DNA of 50,534 bases from positions 62,001-112,534 of the forward strand of contig MU271267.1 in assembly GCA_021432655.1 (NCBI GenBank), given 5' to 3'. A program made the translations under genes and the position numbers. The notes under the pieces were generated by a model, which made no database searches, was not told the origin of the DNA, and saw only the letters and a program-made list of their open reading frames with translations. Below are positions 34,879 through 48,260 of the stretch, piece by piece. The number at the start of each line of letters is the position of its first letter. Position 1 is the stretch's first letter. This DNA comes from Atractiella rhizophila. Lineage: Eukaryota.

Positions 34879-36505
34879 ATGACGGATCAGCAAACATCCA
34901 GCTTTTGTGATAGTTCTGTGGAACCAGACTCGATGGCGCTTGTCCATGTTATCACCCCAGAGCAATATCCCAATTTGATCCACCTCTCCATTCTTCCCTC
35001 TTTCCTATCTCGCCTACCTCTCTCAATTCACACGCTTCGGATTTCGTTTATTTTATCTTGTTCATTGGACTCAAATTGGGAACCTGGAGAGATGTCCTCA
35101 AAATTGTCGTATTTATCAATTGAACAGGTCAAAAATGTGGTCGACAACAATGGTGTCATCAACTTTCGCATTATCATCAACCCCGAAAATGTGACAGTAA
35201 CCTTGTTGGAGGTTGAAGGGCATCTGCCGGTTGTCCAAAGAGCATACGATAATCCATACACTCGCACATTTCCTCTCCTTCGCGAGATTGCACTGTTTTT
35301 CCCCATGGCAACATGCCGTGAATACCAAGGACGCTACATTCCCTTTAGGGACTATGAATCATCATCGCTCCCATCCCTCCGGACAGCTAGCATCATCAAC
35401 TCTCCGTCCCACATACAGATGTTACTTCCTGTTTTATCTCCTGCTTGCCTGTGGAGCTCCTCTCTCTCGTATTTAGTTTCTCCCACGTCGCTTCCAATGT
35501 CTCTGATGTGTGTGAGCTCTGGAGGGAAGTTTCAGCCCCGTATTGGGGCGAACCTAATTCTGTGGTGGATAAGTATGAGCGGTTGAAACGCTATCCAGGT
35601 GCTGGACGACTGTGGGACAGACTGTCATTTGGTGAAGGCATGGGTGTTGGGATAGCGAAAGAGCTCATCGCGGGCTCGCCGAATGTCACGACAGTGTGGA
35701 TACATGCATTTTGGAATGAAGAGGAGGCGAAGATTGTGTTCGATGCAATCCAAGGCTTGAAACGCGTGAATGACGTCAGGCTTTGGAGGAGTTCGAGAAA
35801 GTGGAAGAAGGAGGAGATCGAGAACGCTTTGTGGAGGATGGGTGACAAGATCAGACACTTCAAAGCTTGTGATGTGGAGGACTCGCCCGCTTCAGCCTCA
35901 GCAGGCCTTTACTTATCTTCTCGCCTGAGATACCTATACCTGTCCCAACACCCGCCTCTTCCATCGCTCTCCCTCCCACACACCGTCAAGCACCTCGCAC
36001 TCTCCAATATGTGTCCACTCCCTTCCTGCATCTCAGAATACCCTCTGCCACCTCTTCTGGAACATCTCACAATTGTGCTCGCCCCCTTCTTTGCCGATGG
36101 AAAGATATCCATCCTACCCTCTCCGATTGATTTATCACACCTCACACACCTCACTCACCTGATTCTCGACGGAGGTGAAGAAACGTCAAACCTCATTTCC
36201 CATCAGTTCTTCCGAACCATAAAAAATACAACGGCAATTTTGCGATAACACTCCAGTACTGTATGGTAGATTCGATCGACGTCCCAGACTTCATCCGTTG
36301 GTTCTTTGGGGATTGGCGGGTGAGGGGAGCAAGGAGGGGGAATTGGGTTGATGGAGAGAAGGTAGGGTGGCATCTTCAGGTTCATTTATTCTTTGGAGAT
36401 TGGAACGAGGAGGAGATTGTGATTGCGAGGCGTGTGTTGGAGGAGTACCCAAGGAATGAGGAGTCAGGGATCTGGGAGTCTGGGGAGAGGGAGAATTGTT
36501 GGTAG
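34879..36505 (+). pseudogene. F-box/LRR copy F (frameshifts near 35397 and 36245)
   Basis: ORFs 34870-35586, 35445-36248 and 36263-36505 assemble into a full-length paralog starting MTDQQTSS. Confidence 0.9.
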
Positions 36506-39301
36506 TCTGGACGGCACAGTCTGATCCAGGCTCCAAGTCCAGTACAAAGCTACTGATCATATTCCTGATTCTCTTATCGCACTCAGCCCATGACTGAAGG
36601 ACATGCCTCGGACACAAAGAACTTGCCAGGAGGACTTGTGGCCACGTTCCGCTAGCAGGCCCAATGCTTAGGTTATGAGCTAGTACGATACAATAGGTCA
36701 GCCCATCAAATATATTACACAGACACTCAAATAACTTTTCCTTATCATTGTGGTTCCATGTCTCTGGGTTGACGAACCCAAAGGGGAAGACAGAATTCAG
36801 TGAGATGCTTCCAATACACTTTGAATTCGTGCAAAAACATATGTCACCAATCATTTTGTGCAACTAAGAACCTGTATAATCTATCTGAGAATGAAGAAGA
36901 GGTCGGTCATATACAACCAAATCCGAACTTGCGTTGAATGTTCAAGACTCCACTTCTTCAATAACAATATACGTCTTGTTGCCTTTATCTTCGTTCACAT
37001 TCATACCGGTTAGAGAGTCCAGTAAGAATGGAGTTGGTTGCCAGTGGGAGGCCACTTGGCTGTTGCACCAGTGAGGAGCCAGCAGAATCTGCTGGTCGAG
37101 GAGCTAGTTTGGGATCAAAGCTATAAACAGCCTGGAAGACTTACTTGTAATTGAAGCGTGCAAACTGACATGGGCTTCACTGCAATGGTCGTGTCCCTTC
37201 AATTCAAATTGTCCATTGTCTGTACCTCTTGCAGCCTCACATCTACGACCAAACTCGCTTCGATACAACGGAAGATGGTTGCTCTCCCCTATCTCGTGCA
37301 GCATGCCCCGGACCATCTCTTCGTACCATCTCTTGCATGGTATGTCACCCATGAGAACGCCTATGATGGCGGAGAAGATCTTACGAGCAGCATGATCAAA
37401 TCTGTTCATCCACCGTCCAAACATGGGAGTCGAATCACAAGTCAGAAACGGTTTGAGTGGTACAAAGCCGCAAGTAGAAAAGCACTTATAGAAAAAGATA
37501 GAAAGGTGGAGGAGTAGAAGTGCAAGGAGCGGAAAAGGGAGGACGAACCTAGATTAGTAACTCTCCACTCTGCTCCCCAGCCTACTCCATCTTCACCAAT
37601 GTGGACCGATTCTCCTGTATTCTTCTACTCAATATAACTTCTTAATCTCGTCGTCCTTTCCGATGACAGGACCTTGGTGCGCTGAAGGTGCATTCTGTGA
37701 GAGTGGGAGCATGGCACTCACCACACCGCCCACCGTTGTCTTCGTGCTTGCCCCACTTTGCCCTGCTTCCATATATATGTAGTCTACTTTCTTCTCTCCT
37801 GCTCTAGTGGTCGTTCACCATCTAGAGCAGGTAGGTCCTGCATTGTATCCATAGTGGTCGTTCACCATCTAGAGCAGAGCCGAACGAGCTTCTCACACAT
37901 TCTTTCACATTCTGTTCAGAAGTTCAAAACCCTCCTGAGCTAGCTCCTCAATACATCCCTCCCAACCATCGACGCTTTCATCACATTCATCATTCTTCCC
38001 GCCTCCTGTCACACTGCTACACCCGAATGATCGAGGGACACGATATGACACCTTGCTCTTCTGCACTATTTGTGCCTTTGTTTTGGACGGAATAGGAATA
38101 GCTTGGTACTTCGGGAGAGTTCCAGATCCGAGGGAAGGGCTACGCTGTCATTTGCGCATTTTTTTGGCACTCCGGCCACTGCCGCGCTTGCCGAAAGGCC
38201 GCCGTCAATTTGTGAAAGCTGTCAACTTGCTTCAAGGAATGGATGGAGCTCGATGGAGCTCCCTCCCTCTCGCAATGGCTAACATATCCTGCTGTAGCCA
38301 CAGCGAGTTCAAGTACTATAGAAGACCTTGTCAATGACGATATCGGCTGACTCTGCTTCCTGTGGGGAGATTTTGAACAAAGACTCTCCGTGGTACTGCA
38401 TTTTAAAAGATAGAAACTGTAACCAGTGCTTAGAATAATGTGGTCAAATAATATTGCATAGTATGAATTAGAACAGCTGAAGCAGGCAAGAGGGACTCAG
38501 GTCTTGTTTCCAAATAATCTCAATAGAAATGGCATGATGTCGGTTGAGTTTAGCAAATAGTTAATCAATACCAACCACTAAGTATCTTCTCAATGGCAAA
38601 GTGTTTACCGCTGTGTCTTGAATGAGAAACCCCCTTTATGTTCAGTAAATGGTTGGGATACATTCAGTCAAGAAGGTCTTAAACGGTCTTCATTTACATT
38701 CTAAAACTGGGCCTTCTCCTCCATTCCACCTCATCCTATGCTACCTAAATCTTCAATGTCTTGAGATAGACTAGTTTCGTCCCAAATCGCATCAATACCA
38801 TCATCCATAAGAAGAGCTTGGCCGTCCGAGACATGCAAATCAGGTTTTCGGCATCATTCCAACATCTGCGCAACTCAGCCTTTGTTCCCACATAGTTAAT
38901 GACAACGTAAACTGCCTGGCAACTCCTTCACCGTCTATCCTAATCAACCCATCGCTCATCGATCTAGGTCTACTCCGTCTCACTTCCTCTTCTTCAATCT
39001 CAATGCCACGATCTGTTCGGCACGGCGCATCGATTCCTCGCTAGTTACAGAGTGTGGTAAGTAGTTCCCATTCATCATTCTCAGCCTGGGAGCGACGGCA
39101 GACGGCGGAGGTGAGGAAGTGGTTGTATCGATGATAGCATTAGAACGAGTAATTAGTAGTCCTGGCTGAGAGGTGAGGGCAAGTGAAAAGCTGGTGAAAA
39201 CCCCGGTCGAGCAGTGGCCGCTCGATCAGCATAGCCCTATGTCCCTCCATACTCTTTCTGCAAAGGAACGATTGTGGGTAGTTGGACTAGGAGATGAAAA
39301 G

Positions 39302-40741
39302 ATGACGGAGCAGCAAACACCCAGCGTTTGCCATAGTTCTCCGGAACCAGACTCGATGGCAGTTGTCCATCTTATCACCCCAAATGATGATCCATATTCG
39401 ATTCACCTCTCCATTCTTCCCTCTTTCTTATTTCACCTACCTCCATCACTTCACACGGTCCGGATTTCGTTTGCCTTGTCTCGATCATTGAAGAGGTGGA
39501 AACTTGCAGAGATTTCACCAAAATTGTCTTATTTATCACTTGAACGGGTCAAAAATGTCGTCGACAAGGCAAGTGTAATCAATCTTCACATTACCGTCAA
39601 TGGGGAAAATGTTACAGTAACCTTTTTGGAGGTTGAAGGGCATCTGTCGGCTGTCAAAAGAGACTGGCTTTATAATGAGCCATACACTCGCACGTTTCCT
39701 CTTCGTCGAGAGAACGCCATATTCGCCGCTATAGCCTCATACTCCGAACAAGAAGGCTTTATCCCCATCAGTGACGATGAAGCGTCATCCCTCCCTTCCC
39801 TCCCTCCCGATAGCATCATCCAACTCTCTGCCCCACCTCGAGATGGTATTTCATGCATCATCTCGCGCTTGCCTGTGGAGCTCCTGTCTCTCATATTTAG
39901 TTTCCCCGACAATGCTGCCACCCTCTCTGATGTGTGCCAGTTGTGGAGGGATGCTTCAGCGCCCTATGGGGACGAACCTAATGATGTAGCGGGAAAGTAT
40001 AAGCGGTTGAAAGGCCATCCCCGTGCCGGACGTCTGTGGAAAGGGCTGGAATTTCACCACAGTGTGGATGTTTGGATGGCAAAAGAGGTCATCGTGGGCT
40101 CGCCGAATGTTAAGACAGTGAATCTGGATGCGTTTTGGAATGAAGAGGAGGCGAAGATTTTGTTGAATGCAATCGAAGGCTTGCAACGGCTGGATGACGC
40201 AACCTTTTGGGGATGGGGTTCGAGAAACTGGAGGAGGAAGGAGATCGAGAACTTCATGCGGCGGATGGGTGACAGGATCAGACGCCTCACAGTTCGCGAT
40301 GCGAAAGACTCTCCCACTTCAGCCTCAGAAGGCCTTCACTTATCCTCTCGCCTCGAATACCTACACCTCCACAAGTACCCGCCTCTGCCATCGCTCTACC
40401 TCCCACGCACCCTCAAGCGACTCGAACTCTCCAATCTATGTCCTCTCCCTTCCTCCATCACAGACTATCCTCTGCCGCCTCTTCTAGAAGAACTCAAGGT
40501 CGTGCTTGCCCCCTTCTTCGCTGATGGAAAGACGTCCATCCTACCCGCTCCATTCGACTTATCACGCCTCACATGCCTCAACTCGCTGTTCCTCGACGGG
40601 GGCGAAGAAACCTCAAACCTCGTTTCTCGTCAGTTCTTCAGCACCTTCAAAAATGCAACTGCGATAGATACGATACGGCTCAAGTACTGCTTGGTGGACT
40701 CATCTGACTGCCCAGACTTCATCCGCTGGTTCTTTGGGGAT
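39302..40741 (+). pseudogene. F-box/LRR copy G1: open from ATG to DFIRWFFGD, then joined through an A16 tract to another copy
   Basis: MTEQQTPS...ISRLPVELLSLIFSF...PDFIRWFFGD, then A-run 40742-40757. The normal C-terminal ~60 aa are missing. Confidence 0.8.
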
Positions 40742-40757
40742 AAAAAAAAAAAAAAAA

Positions 40758-41442
40758 GATCGAGAATTTTGTGCAGAGGATGGGTGACAGGATCAGATGG
40801 CTCAATGTTGACGACGTGGAGGACTCTCTCGCCTCAGCCTCAGCAGGCCTTCACTTATCCACTTGCCTCGAATACCTATGGCTAGCCAAGTACCCGCCTC
40901 TCCCATCGCTCTCCCTTCCACGTACCCTCCGGCACCTCGAACTCTGCAATATGTGTCCACTCCCTTCCTCCATCTCAGACTACCCTCTGCCACCTCTTCT
41001 AGAAGACCTCACACTCGTCCTCGCCCCCTTCTCCGCCAACGGAAAGACCTCCATCCTACCCACTCCGCTCGACTTATCGCACCTCACACACCTCACTTAC
41101 CTGATTCTTGACGGGGGCGAAGAAACGTCAAACCTCGTTTCCCGCGAGTTCTTCAGCACCCTCAAAAATGCAAAGTGGATATGCCGGATAGAACTCCGGT
41201 TCTGCGTGATGTATTCGTCCGACTTCCCAGACTTCATCCGCTGGTTCTTTGGGGATTGGCGGGTGAGGGGGATCGAGCAATGGGTTGATAGAAAGGCGAT
41301 AGGTAGGCATCTTGAGGTTCGTTTATTCTTTGGAGAATGGAGCGAGGACGAGATTGTGATTGCGCGGAGGACAATGGGAGATTGCACAACGGGCGTAACG
41401 ACGCGACGTTCAGGTGTTTGGGAGCCCGGGGAGGGGTACTAG
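40758..41442 (+). pseudogene. F-box/LRR copy G2, 3' half only
   Basis: IENFVQRMGDRIRWLNVDD...GVWEPGEGY*. It differs from G1 over the overlapping region; its C-terminus and 3' flank resemble copy B. Confidence 0.85.
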
Positions 41443-44338
41443 TAGTCGTGAAGGCACAACGGGGCTTGACGCCCGACTCCGGGACGACTGGTCACTCTCA
41501 CTCTCAATACCTGACCACTGGTTGTGGACACCACACAACCCCTTCTCCCGCCATGCTACCATTTCGACTGCGAAGATTTGAGATTGTACCAACTGCTGCA
41601 CAGGGCAACAGAGAGCACCTTGCTGCGAATCCGAAATGAAGCATCATTCACACCGCCGGCATCATGGTTGAAAGGGATGGGGCCCTTTGTTCTTCTTAGG
41701 ATCGAGTCCAAAGGATTAAAGGATTAAAGCTAGTGCGTATGTAGGGGATTTTAAACGTATGCCGTTCAAAGAACAACCGTGATTGGAGGGAAGGACGTCT
41801 GCTCCGCCTGTTGATGCCTCGGATGACTGGAGTTCCTTACTGTTGCCTTACATCCAAGTTGAATAATGTAGATGGTCCATAGAACTTTGGACTGAGCCAG
41901 TGCCGCTCCCCTCACTTGCAAGGCAGGCTCTCTGAGTATTATATAATATTTCTACTGAGCTACATCAAATCTGCTCTGTCGAATTGGGAGACGAAGAGTC
42001 AAGTTGGATATATAGCAGACTCTTCCCGTATTGAGTCACCGTTTGATATGAGATCGCCAAAGAACTTCAAGACTTGTGCCGGGATAGCAATATCCAACGA
42101 TCGTCACAACTCACTTCTTAGTGATCTTGTCAATGACCTCTACCATGAGACCTCCCCCATTCATACTGATTCCTTCCACGCTTAGCAGCTCCATAAAACC
42201 GAAGAGAGGATATCTGCGAGGGAAACTCTGCTCAGAAAGTGGTATCGACAACGTCATTCAAGCATTTAAAAGTCAACGATGCGTTACTCCTTCCGAATTC
42301 CTCAGCGCCACCAGCGGGCTCTTCCCTTCATTCCAACACTGTCCGGCTAGATCTACCATCAGCTCCAAACACCCGCTCGACCGTCCAAACTGCAACTTAT
42401 TCTACTCCAACCATTCTCTCTTCTGCTCCGACACCGTACGGCTCCTCTCATCGTGATCCCGAACTCACTCTCCCCCACGCAAATGTGAACCGCTCTTTGA
42501 CTCCTCACCAACCGCTGCCTCTCTCCACGCGCAAATCCTATCTCCACTCCTACATCTTCTATGCCGTCTCCTTCGCCTTCACTTTGGCTCTTGAGGCGCC
42601 GATATACCGCAGATGGTCCCAGCGCGTACACGAAGTGGATCTACTCGCACTGTAGAGTGAACACCACAGATCTCTCCCTCCCTCTTCCCTCCCCTTCCTC
42701 CTTCCTTTTTATCCAAGTAGCGCTAGAGCAGTCTAGCAGACAAGACGGTTTGGAATATGGCAGAGGTGGAGGTACAGCGGATGAATTGGTCGAGGTGGCT
42801 TGGTGAGGGAGAACGCATAGGAGGAGGCGGGCACGTTTTTGTTTGAAGAATGTAGTGTGCTGAGGAGGAGGAGGGTGAGGACCGTACGGGTGGCGAGTGG
42901 TGGAGAGGAGCGGACGACATCTCACCTCGTACCGTCGGTCCGTTCCTTCGCCTGCAGGGCACCGCGTAACCAATCCCCAGTTTCTCTGTAGGACATTATC
43001 ATGGACGCCTCTCTCCTCAATCGTACTGCACACCCAACATCCTGCCCTCCCCTATCCTCTCTTCTGCCACTTTGTCAACTTGGCGAGGGACACATCGAAC
43101 AACCTACCTTTCATTCCGTCATCCATCTCTCCGACATCCCCTAGCCGGCGCGCTGGAACCATTCGAGGAAAGGCACCCTCATTCTCTAATGACTTTAGTA
43201 GGAGATTGCGGAATTGAGGAGGAGGAGGGGAATTTCGTGGAAAGCAGGAGCAGGTGTCGGATGGGTAGGCGAGTTGAGGAAATGGGAGGATGAGAGGATG
43301 AGGATGGATCGAAGAAGGGTATCGAGGAGCAAACGGAGTCGAGAAGGGAGGTGACATGGGAGAGAACCCGTGCAGCATTGGTGCTGCGTTTTTCAGAATA
43401 ATTTGAGTGCGAGCGGGCGTGATGTGATGAGAAAACGACCAGGCGGCCCTATGGTTGACGAATGAGAGATGGGGAGATGGAACCGGAAGGTAGTACTAAT
43501 CTACTTTCTGGTCGGTCTTCCATACTTTATACTCTTTCGCCTTCACAACGCCGATCCCATGCGATGCGCTGGTGCAGGAAGCAGGATGCAGGAGCTGACA
43601 TTGCCGAATCTCCTGACGCTTTTCCAAAGGGGGACAACTCTCAGATTCTCGTCAGCGGTGCCCGCTTCCCGCAGGATTCACATATGCGATATCGTAGGAG
43701 CGTCAAAGACTGAACCATATGGTGCGTACGCCTTCCTTTCCTAAGACAAGTGGAGATTGAAGATGGCGGCCAGACTCAGACTCTCGACAACTGACCATCC
43801 GACGGATATTTGAAAGATAGCATGCATGCTGCCTGGTGCCCTTCAAGCATTACTCGCATGTAAATGCATATCAACTACAAAACACTATCAGAACGCAGGA
43901 CTCCCCTGCCAAGGGCCTTTGTCACCATTACCGTGACAGGCATAGAACACTCCCCTTCTCCAAGCGCCAACTCCCTTTTGTCATCCATTTTGTAGGAGTG
44001 TCATCTTTCGCGGGATTGTCTGTTCAGGTCTGCATCGCTGCTGCGCTGCTGATAGATGGATTCGTAAACTGTTCATGTATCAAGAGCAGCTTTTGATGAC
44101 GGTCGCCCCTTCCTGCTACCTCTTCGTCCACCGCCCTCAAATGTCACACCAATCCAAATCCCCTCACGTCCTTTGCCGACCCATTCCGCTCACCATCTGA
44201 CCGCCTCCGACCTATACAACAGGTCCTAAGCCGAAGAAGCAGAAGTAACAGAAGCTAGGCACCTATGTTAGCCTCTCCAAACCAATCCGATTGTCCCACT
44301 AACAAGCACACTGTGCTCCTCGACTGAATCTCTTCTGC

Positions 44339-44947
44339 TTGGGAGTGGAGGAGATTTGGGTCGTGTCGCACCACTCAACATCACTGCCTTCCATCTACAA
44401 TGAAGGGTTCCGCCTCATCTGCCCTCTCCTCGAGCTATCAGTCGGGTCCCCTTTCTCATGGGTCCTCGACCCGACTCTACTCTGGCACTCCACTTGCAGG
44501 CGGTTTGTGAGAAGGGACAGGGTTGAGACCGTTGCGAATGCAGGAATAAGGCATCATCATTTTCAACTTATTCGAGCATGCGATGGGCCGCTCGGAGAGA
44601 GATCCCTCGATTCTCCAGGCAGCATCACTCCTCGTTCCTCCATGTACTCCGAAACCAGATCCAGTAACGTAACGAAGAAGCAGCTCGAGCTCTACAATAG
44701 GTTCTATAACAAGTATATGGATAAGGGGAGTCAGAGAATGAGTGCTAGTGAGCAGTCGTTGGAGACTTCTTTTCGCAGAGCTGGATGGAAGAGGATTGGG
44801 TGGAAGGACTTTGGGAAGGACGGTTCGAAAATGCTTGATTACTTGGAAAACCTTCTGTATGCCAACCTCAGCCCTCTCTCCCATTTACATCAAACGGCAG
44901 CAGAGGTTGACTCGCTTAATAGAGAGAAGATCGAAGGGCGGGTGTAA
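44339..44947 (+). other. 202-codon open frame of unknown identity; decayed homologs at about 11660-12250 and 33630-33780
   Basis: Protein-like text (VTKKQLELYNRFYNKYMDKG...DGSKMLDYLE) is echoed by LTKKPIKFYNGF near 12000. No convincing ATG start. Confidence 0.35.
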
Positions 44948-45287
44948 TAACGACAATTGAGTATATCCGTCTTCCCTTCCAAGACCTGCAGTTGGGAGGT
45001 GAATGAAAGAGGATGAGGGGGAGGAGGACGGAAGTATGGAGGATGCAGAGCGGTTAGGGATTAATGGCTGACAACAAGGCGGAAAGGGAGAAATGGCACA
45101 GCGAATGAGCCGTAATTCGCCGGATGTCATTCGTGATCTATTCTGGTTCTGATATCTTGCCTGCAGACTTCCCTAGAACGACAGCTGAAAGTCATATACA
45201 TTCTTTGCTCCATTTATGGTCTACTTCTATTCTCCCAAACGACTCTGAGTCTCTCAACTCGAGGCCCTGCCCCCCCAAACAGTAACA

Positions 45288-45441
45288 GGGTGATCGGGAA
45301 GATGGGAGCAAGATAGGGGAGCATCTTCAGGTTCATTTATTCTTTGAAGAGTGGAGCGAGGGGGAGATTGCGATTGCGAGGAGTACGATGGCAAAGTACG
45401 CAAGGACGGACGGGTCAGGCATTTGGGAGCCTGGGGACTAG
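45288..45441 (+). pseudogene. F-box/LRR orphan C-terminal fragment
   Basis: DREDGSKIGEHLQVHLFFEEWSEGEIAIARSTMAKYARTDGSGIWEPGD*. Confidence 0.85.
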
Positions 45442-48260
45442 CGAAGAAGGCACTTTGCGATTCTCGTACATGTACAACGCGACTGCGCTGACTCTCATAT
45501 CGATTGTGAGGGCTCAGCCAGCCTTCGGACACGCCCGACGTCGCTGAAGGCTTGTGCCATGATTTCACTCATCATGCCTAGCACTTTGATTATGGCCTGA
45601 AAGGGTGCCACTAAGCTTACCCAACTTGGTGCAGAGATCCATCAAAGTTATTGACCGAAAGTTTAGTTATAGCTCATCAAAAATTTGTACAATACAAGAA
45701 TGTTACTGGCATTGCAACTACAACGCAAGTGCTTTGAGTTAGCAGCCACCCCCATCAGTACTTCGAAGGTGACTTGAGCACTCCTTTTGCTAGCTGGGAA
45801 GATGTTTTATATTACGACCTAGGAGGACTCGGGCATGACGTCCAATTAAATGTGAACCAACTTGTTGACAAACAGGACAAAATGTACAATCGCTTGCATT
45901 CCATCTCCGCCACTCTGTCTTCACCGTTACCTTCACTCACCTGACGCGCCACCACCCGACATACTGTAGAACCTCCCAAAGCGCGTTTACAGCAATTTAC
46001 AGTGGATCTACTCGCGTGGCACAACAGCTAACACCACGTTATTGCTCCGCGTCTTCCGTCTCCTTTCTCCTTCCGTTTATCCAGATAGAGCAGCCGGAGC
46101 AGCCCCACATGCAAGTTGGTGAGAGAATGCGGCAGAGGGAAGACAGAGAAGATAGGTTGATCTCGGTTGATCGAGGTGGGTTCGTGGGCGAGACGGAAGG
46201 GGATGATTTGGTTTAAGCAGAACGCATATCCTGCAGAGGAGGAGGGTGAGGACAGTAGGGTGGAGCGGTGGAGAAGGGTCGAAAGCACATGCACCACCTA
46301 CCTACCACCTCTCTGCTCTTCGGCTAGCGCGACATCACATAACCACTCAACGAGTTCTCCGCTGGATTGGCACGAACGACCTCCCTCCGCTTAACCGTCC
46401 TGTACCTCTGCCCCCTCCTTCCGCTTTTACAACTTGGCAGGAACACGCCAAGCGTCCATCTTTCGTCTTCGCGATTCGCCTCCAACTTCCTTCACCCGCT
46501 CGCTGGAACTATGTCGGGATATTTAGCGAACTAGGATGCTTCCTCAAAGGTCCTCTGTAGGAGTGGTAGCGGGCAAGGTTCCGGAATGGAGGTGGAGGAC
46601 ATTGGACGGGAAGCGGGCGTAGACGGGGACGTGGAGAGCTGATGTCGAGGAAATGGGAGGAAGAGATGAGGGCGATTGAAGAAGGATTTCGAGGAAAAGG
46701 CGTCGAGATGAGATGAGGAGTGGGAGACAGGGCTGCTAGCGAAGACGATGAAGCAAGGGTTGAGTGACTAGCTGGCTGCGAATGAGGGATTAGGAGATGG
46801 AACCGGGAATGTTACGCTCCTCGACCACGTTGTTTACCTTCCTTAATGTTGACTTTTTCCTCTCACAATGCTGATTTTATGCGACGCGATGGAGCAGGAT
46901 GCAGGAGTGGGACATCGCCGAAGTTCTGCGCCGTTATCCAAAGGGGACGACGGCCCTCCATGCAAGCATGGCTGTCTTCCTACAGAATCCTCATATCTGT
47001 CGTAATATGATAGTACCAAAGGACGAAACTTTTATTTGTTCTCCTTGCTTTCTTGCGACATGAGGTAAGGGAAGATTGACGATGAAGGTTGGTCTGGGTT
47101 GGTCTTAGTCGCTCCAGAAACTAACCATGCGAAGGCGATTCGAAAGGTGGGGACACCTTTTGCTTTCTCCTGCCCTTCAAGCTTCAAGAGTTACTCGCAT
47201 ATCAACGTATACTATCAACGCACAAAACGTACCTATGCGTCAACGATCCTATTAGAATGCAGGACTTGCCTGTCATCCTAGGTGTACTACCTTTGCATAC
47301 TGTCACTATGGACAAACGGGTACCTATTTCTCTTACAACGACAGCATTGCTTTCTGGCTTCATGTGAGGAGGAAGCTGAGTGTGAAGCCACCTCAATCGA
47401 ACCACATCCGTCCCACCTGCCCCACCAACCGACTTCCCTCAGAGACGCTGGTGACAGGAATACCTTAGAATATCCTGTCTTCTTACTCACTCGCGTAAGA
47501 GCGGCGCGCAGGGAAGGAGGAGCAATTTGCTGCACGTCACTCCGGCTGGTGAGTTGTACACGCTCTAATATTTCGCCCACGTCGTTCTCTTACACCATAG
47601 CCAAACTGAGATTCTCTCCCCTATCCAAGGTCTGCTGAAATTTTGCCGAGCGCGATCTCTCGACTCAGTCAGGCCTCCTTTTGTCCTCCATAAGCAGGTC
47701 TTCCCTGCCTCCCCAACAATCTGTGAGCTAATTCGATTCGTCTTTGCAGCCTGGGAAAGGGGGAGCGGGGAGCATCAAACCAGATAATATTCATGACTGC
47801 AGGTATGGAGGGCTTCCTTGCAAACGCACACTCTTGATTCCAACTGCCAGGTCGAACATCCATTCCCCACATCCGCCACTTGAATCGCTCCATTCATCCA
47901 CACAGGGTTAATTCTTTTCGCCCGACACACAACCAAAACATCCTCCTGCTCGAAGTTCGAGTTCTCCACATGAAATAAAGGCATGCGACCAACTACTGTG
48001 TCCCAACAACGAAAGGATCCATCAGTCTTACCCTTCTTCCACACTGTTCATCCAAATAGTCTCTCACTTCACAGGTTGGGACCTCAGTTCAACTTTTAAT
48101 TCAATCTTCATCACATTTCAATCACGTCAAGATGCGAAGGGTTAGGACGTTCGCGCCCCCTGCTGCTGAGGCAAATCAGGCATGATTTCATCTCCACGTT
48201 TGATATTCTTTGTCTCACTAACATGGGTTTGGGTTCTAGTCTGCTATCTCTTCTCAAAAG

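Noticed and set aside
36291..36863. 190-aa minus-strand ORF
   Set aside because: It overlaps the antisense of copy F and its duplicated 3' flank, with no recognisable motif; likely a chance ORF.
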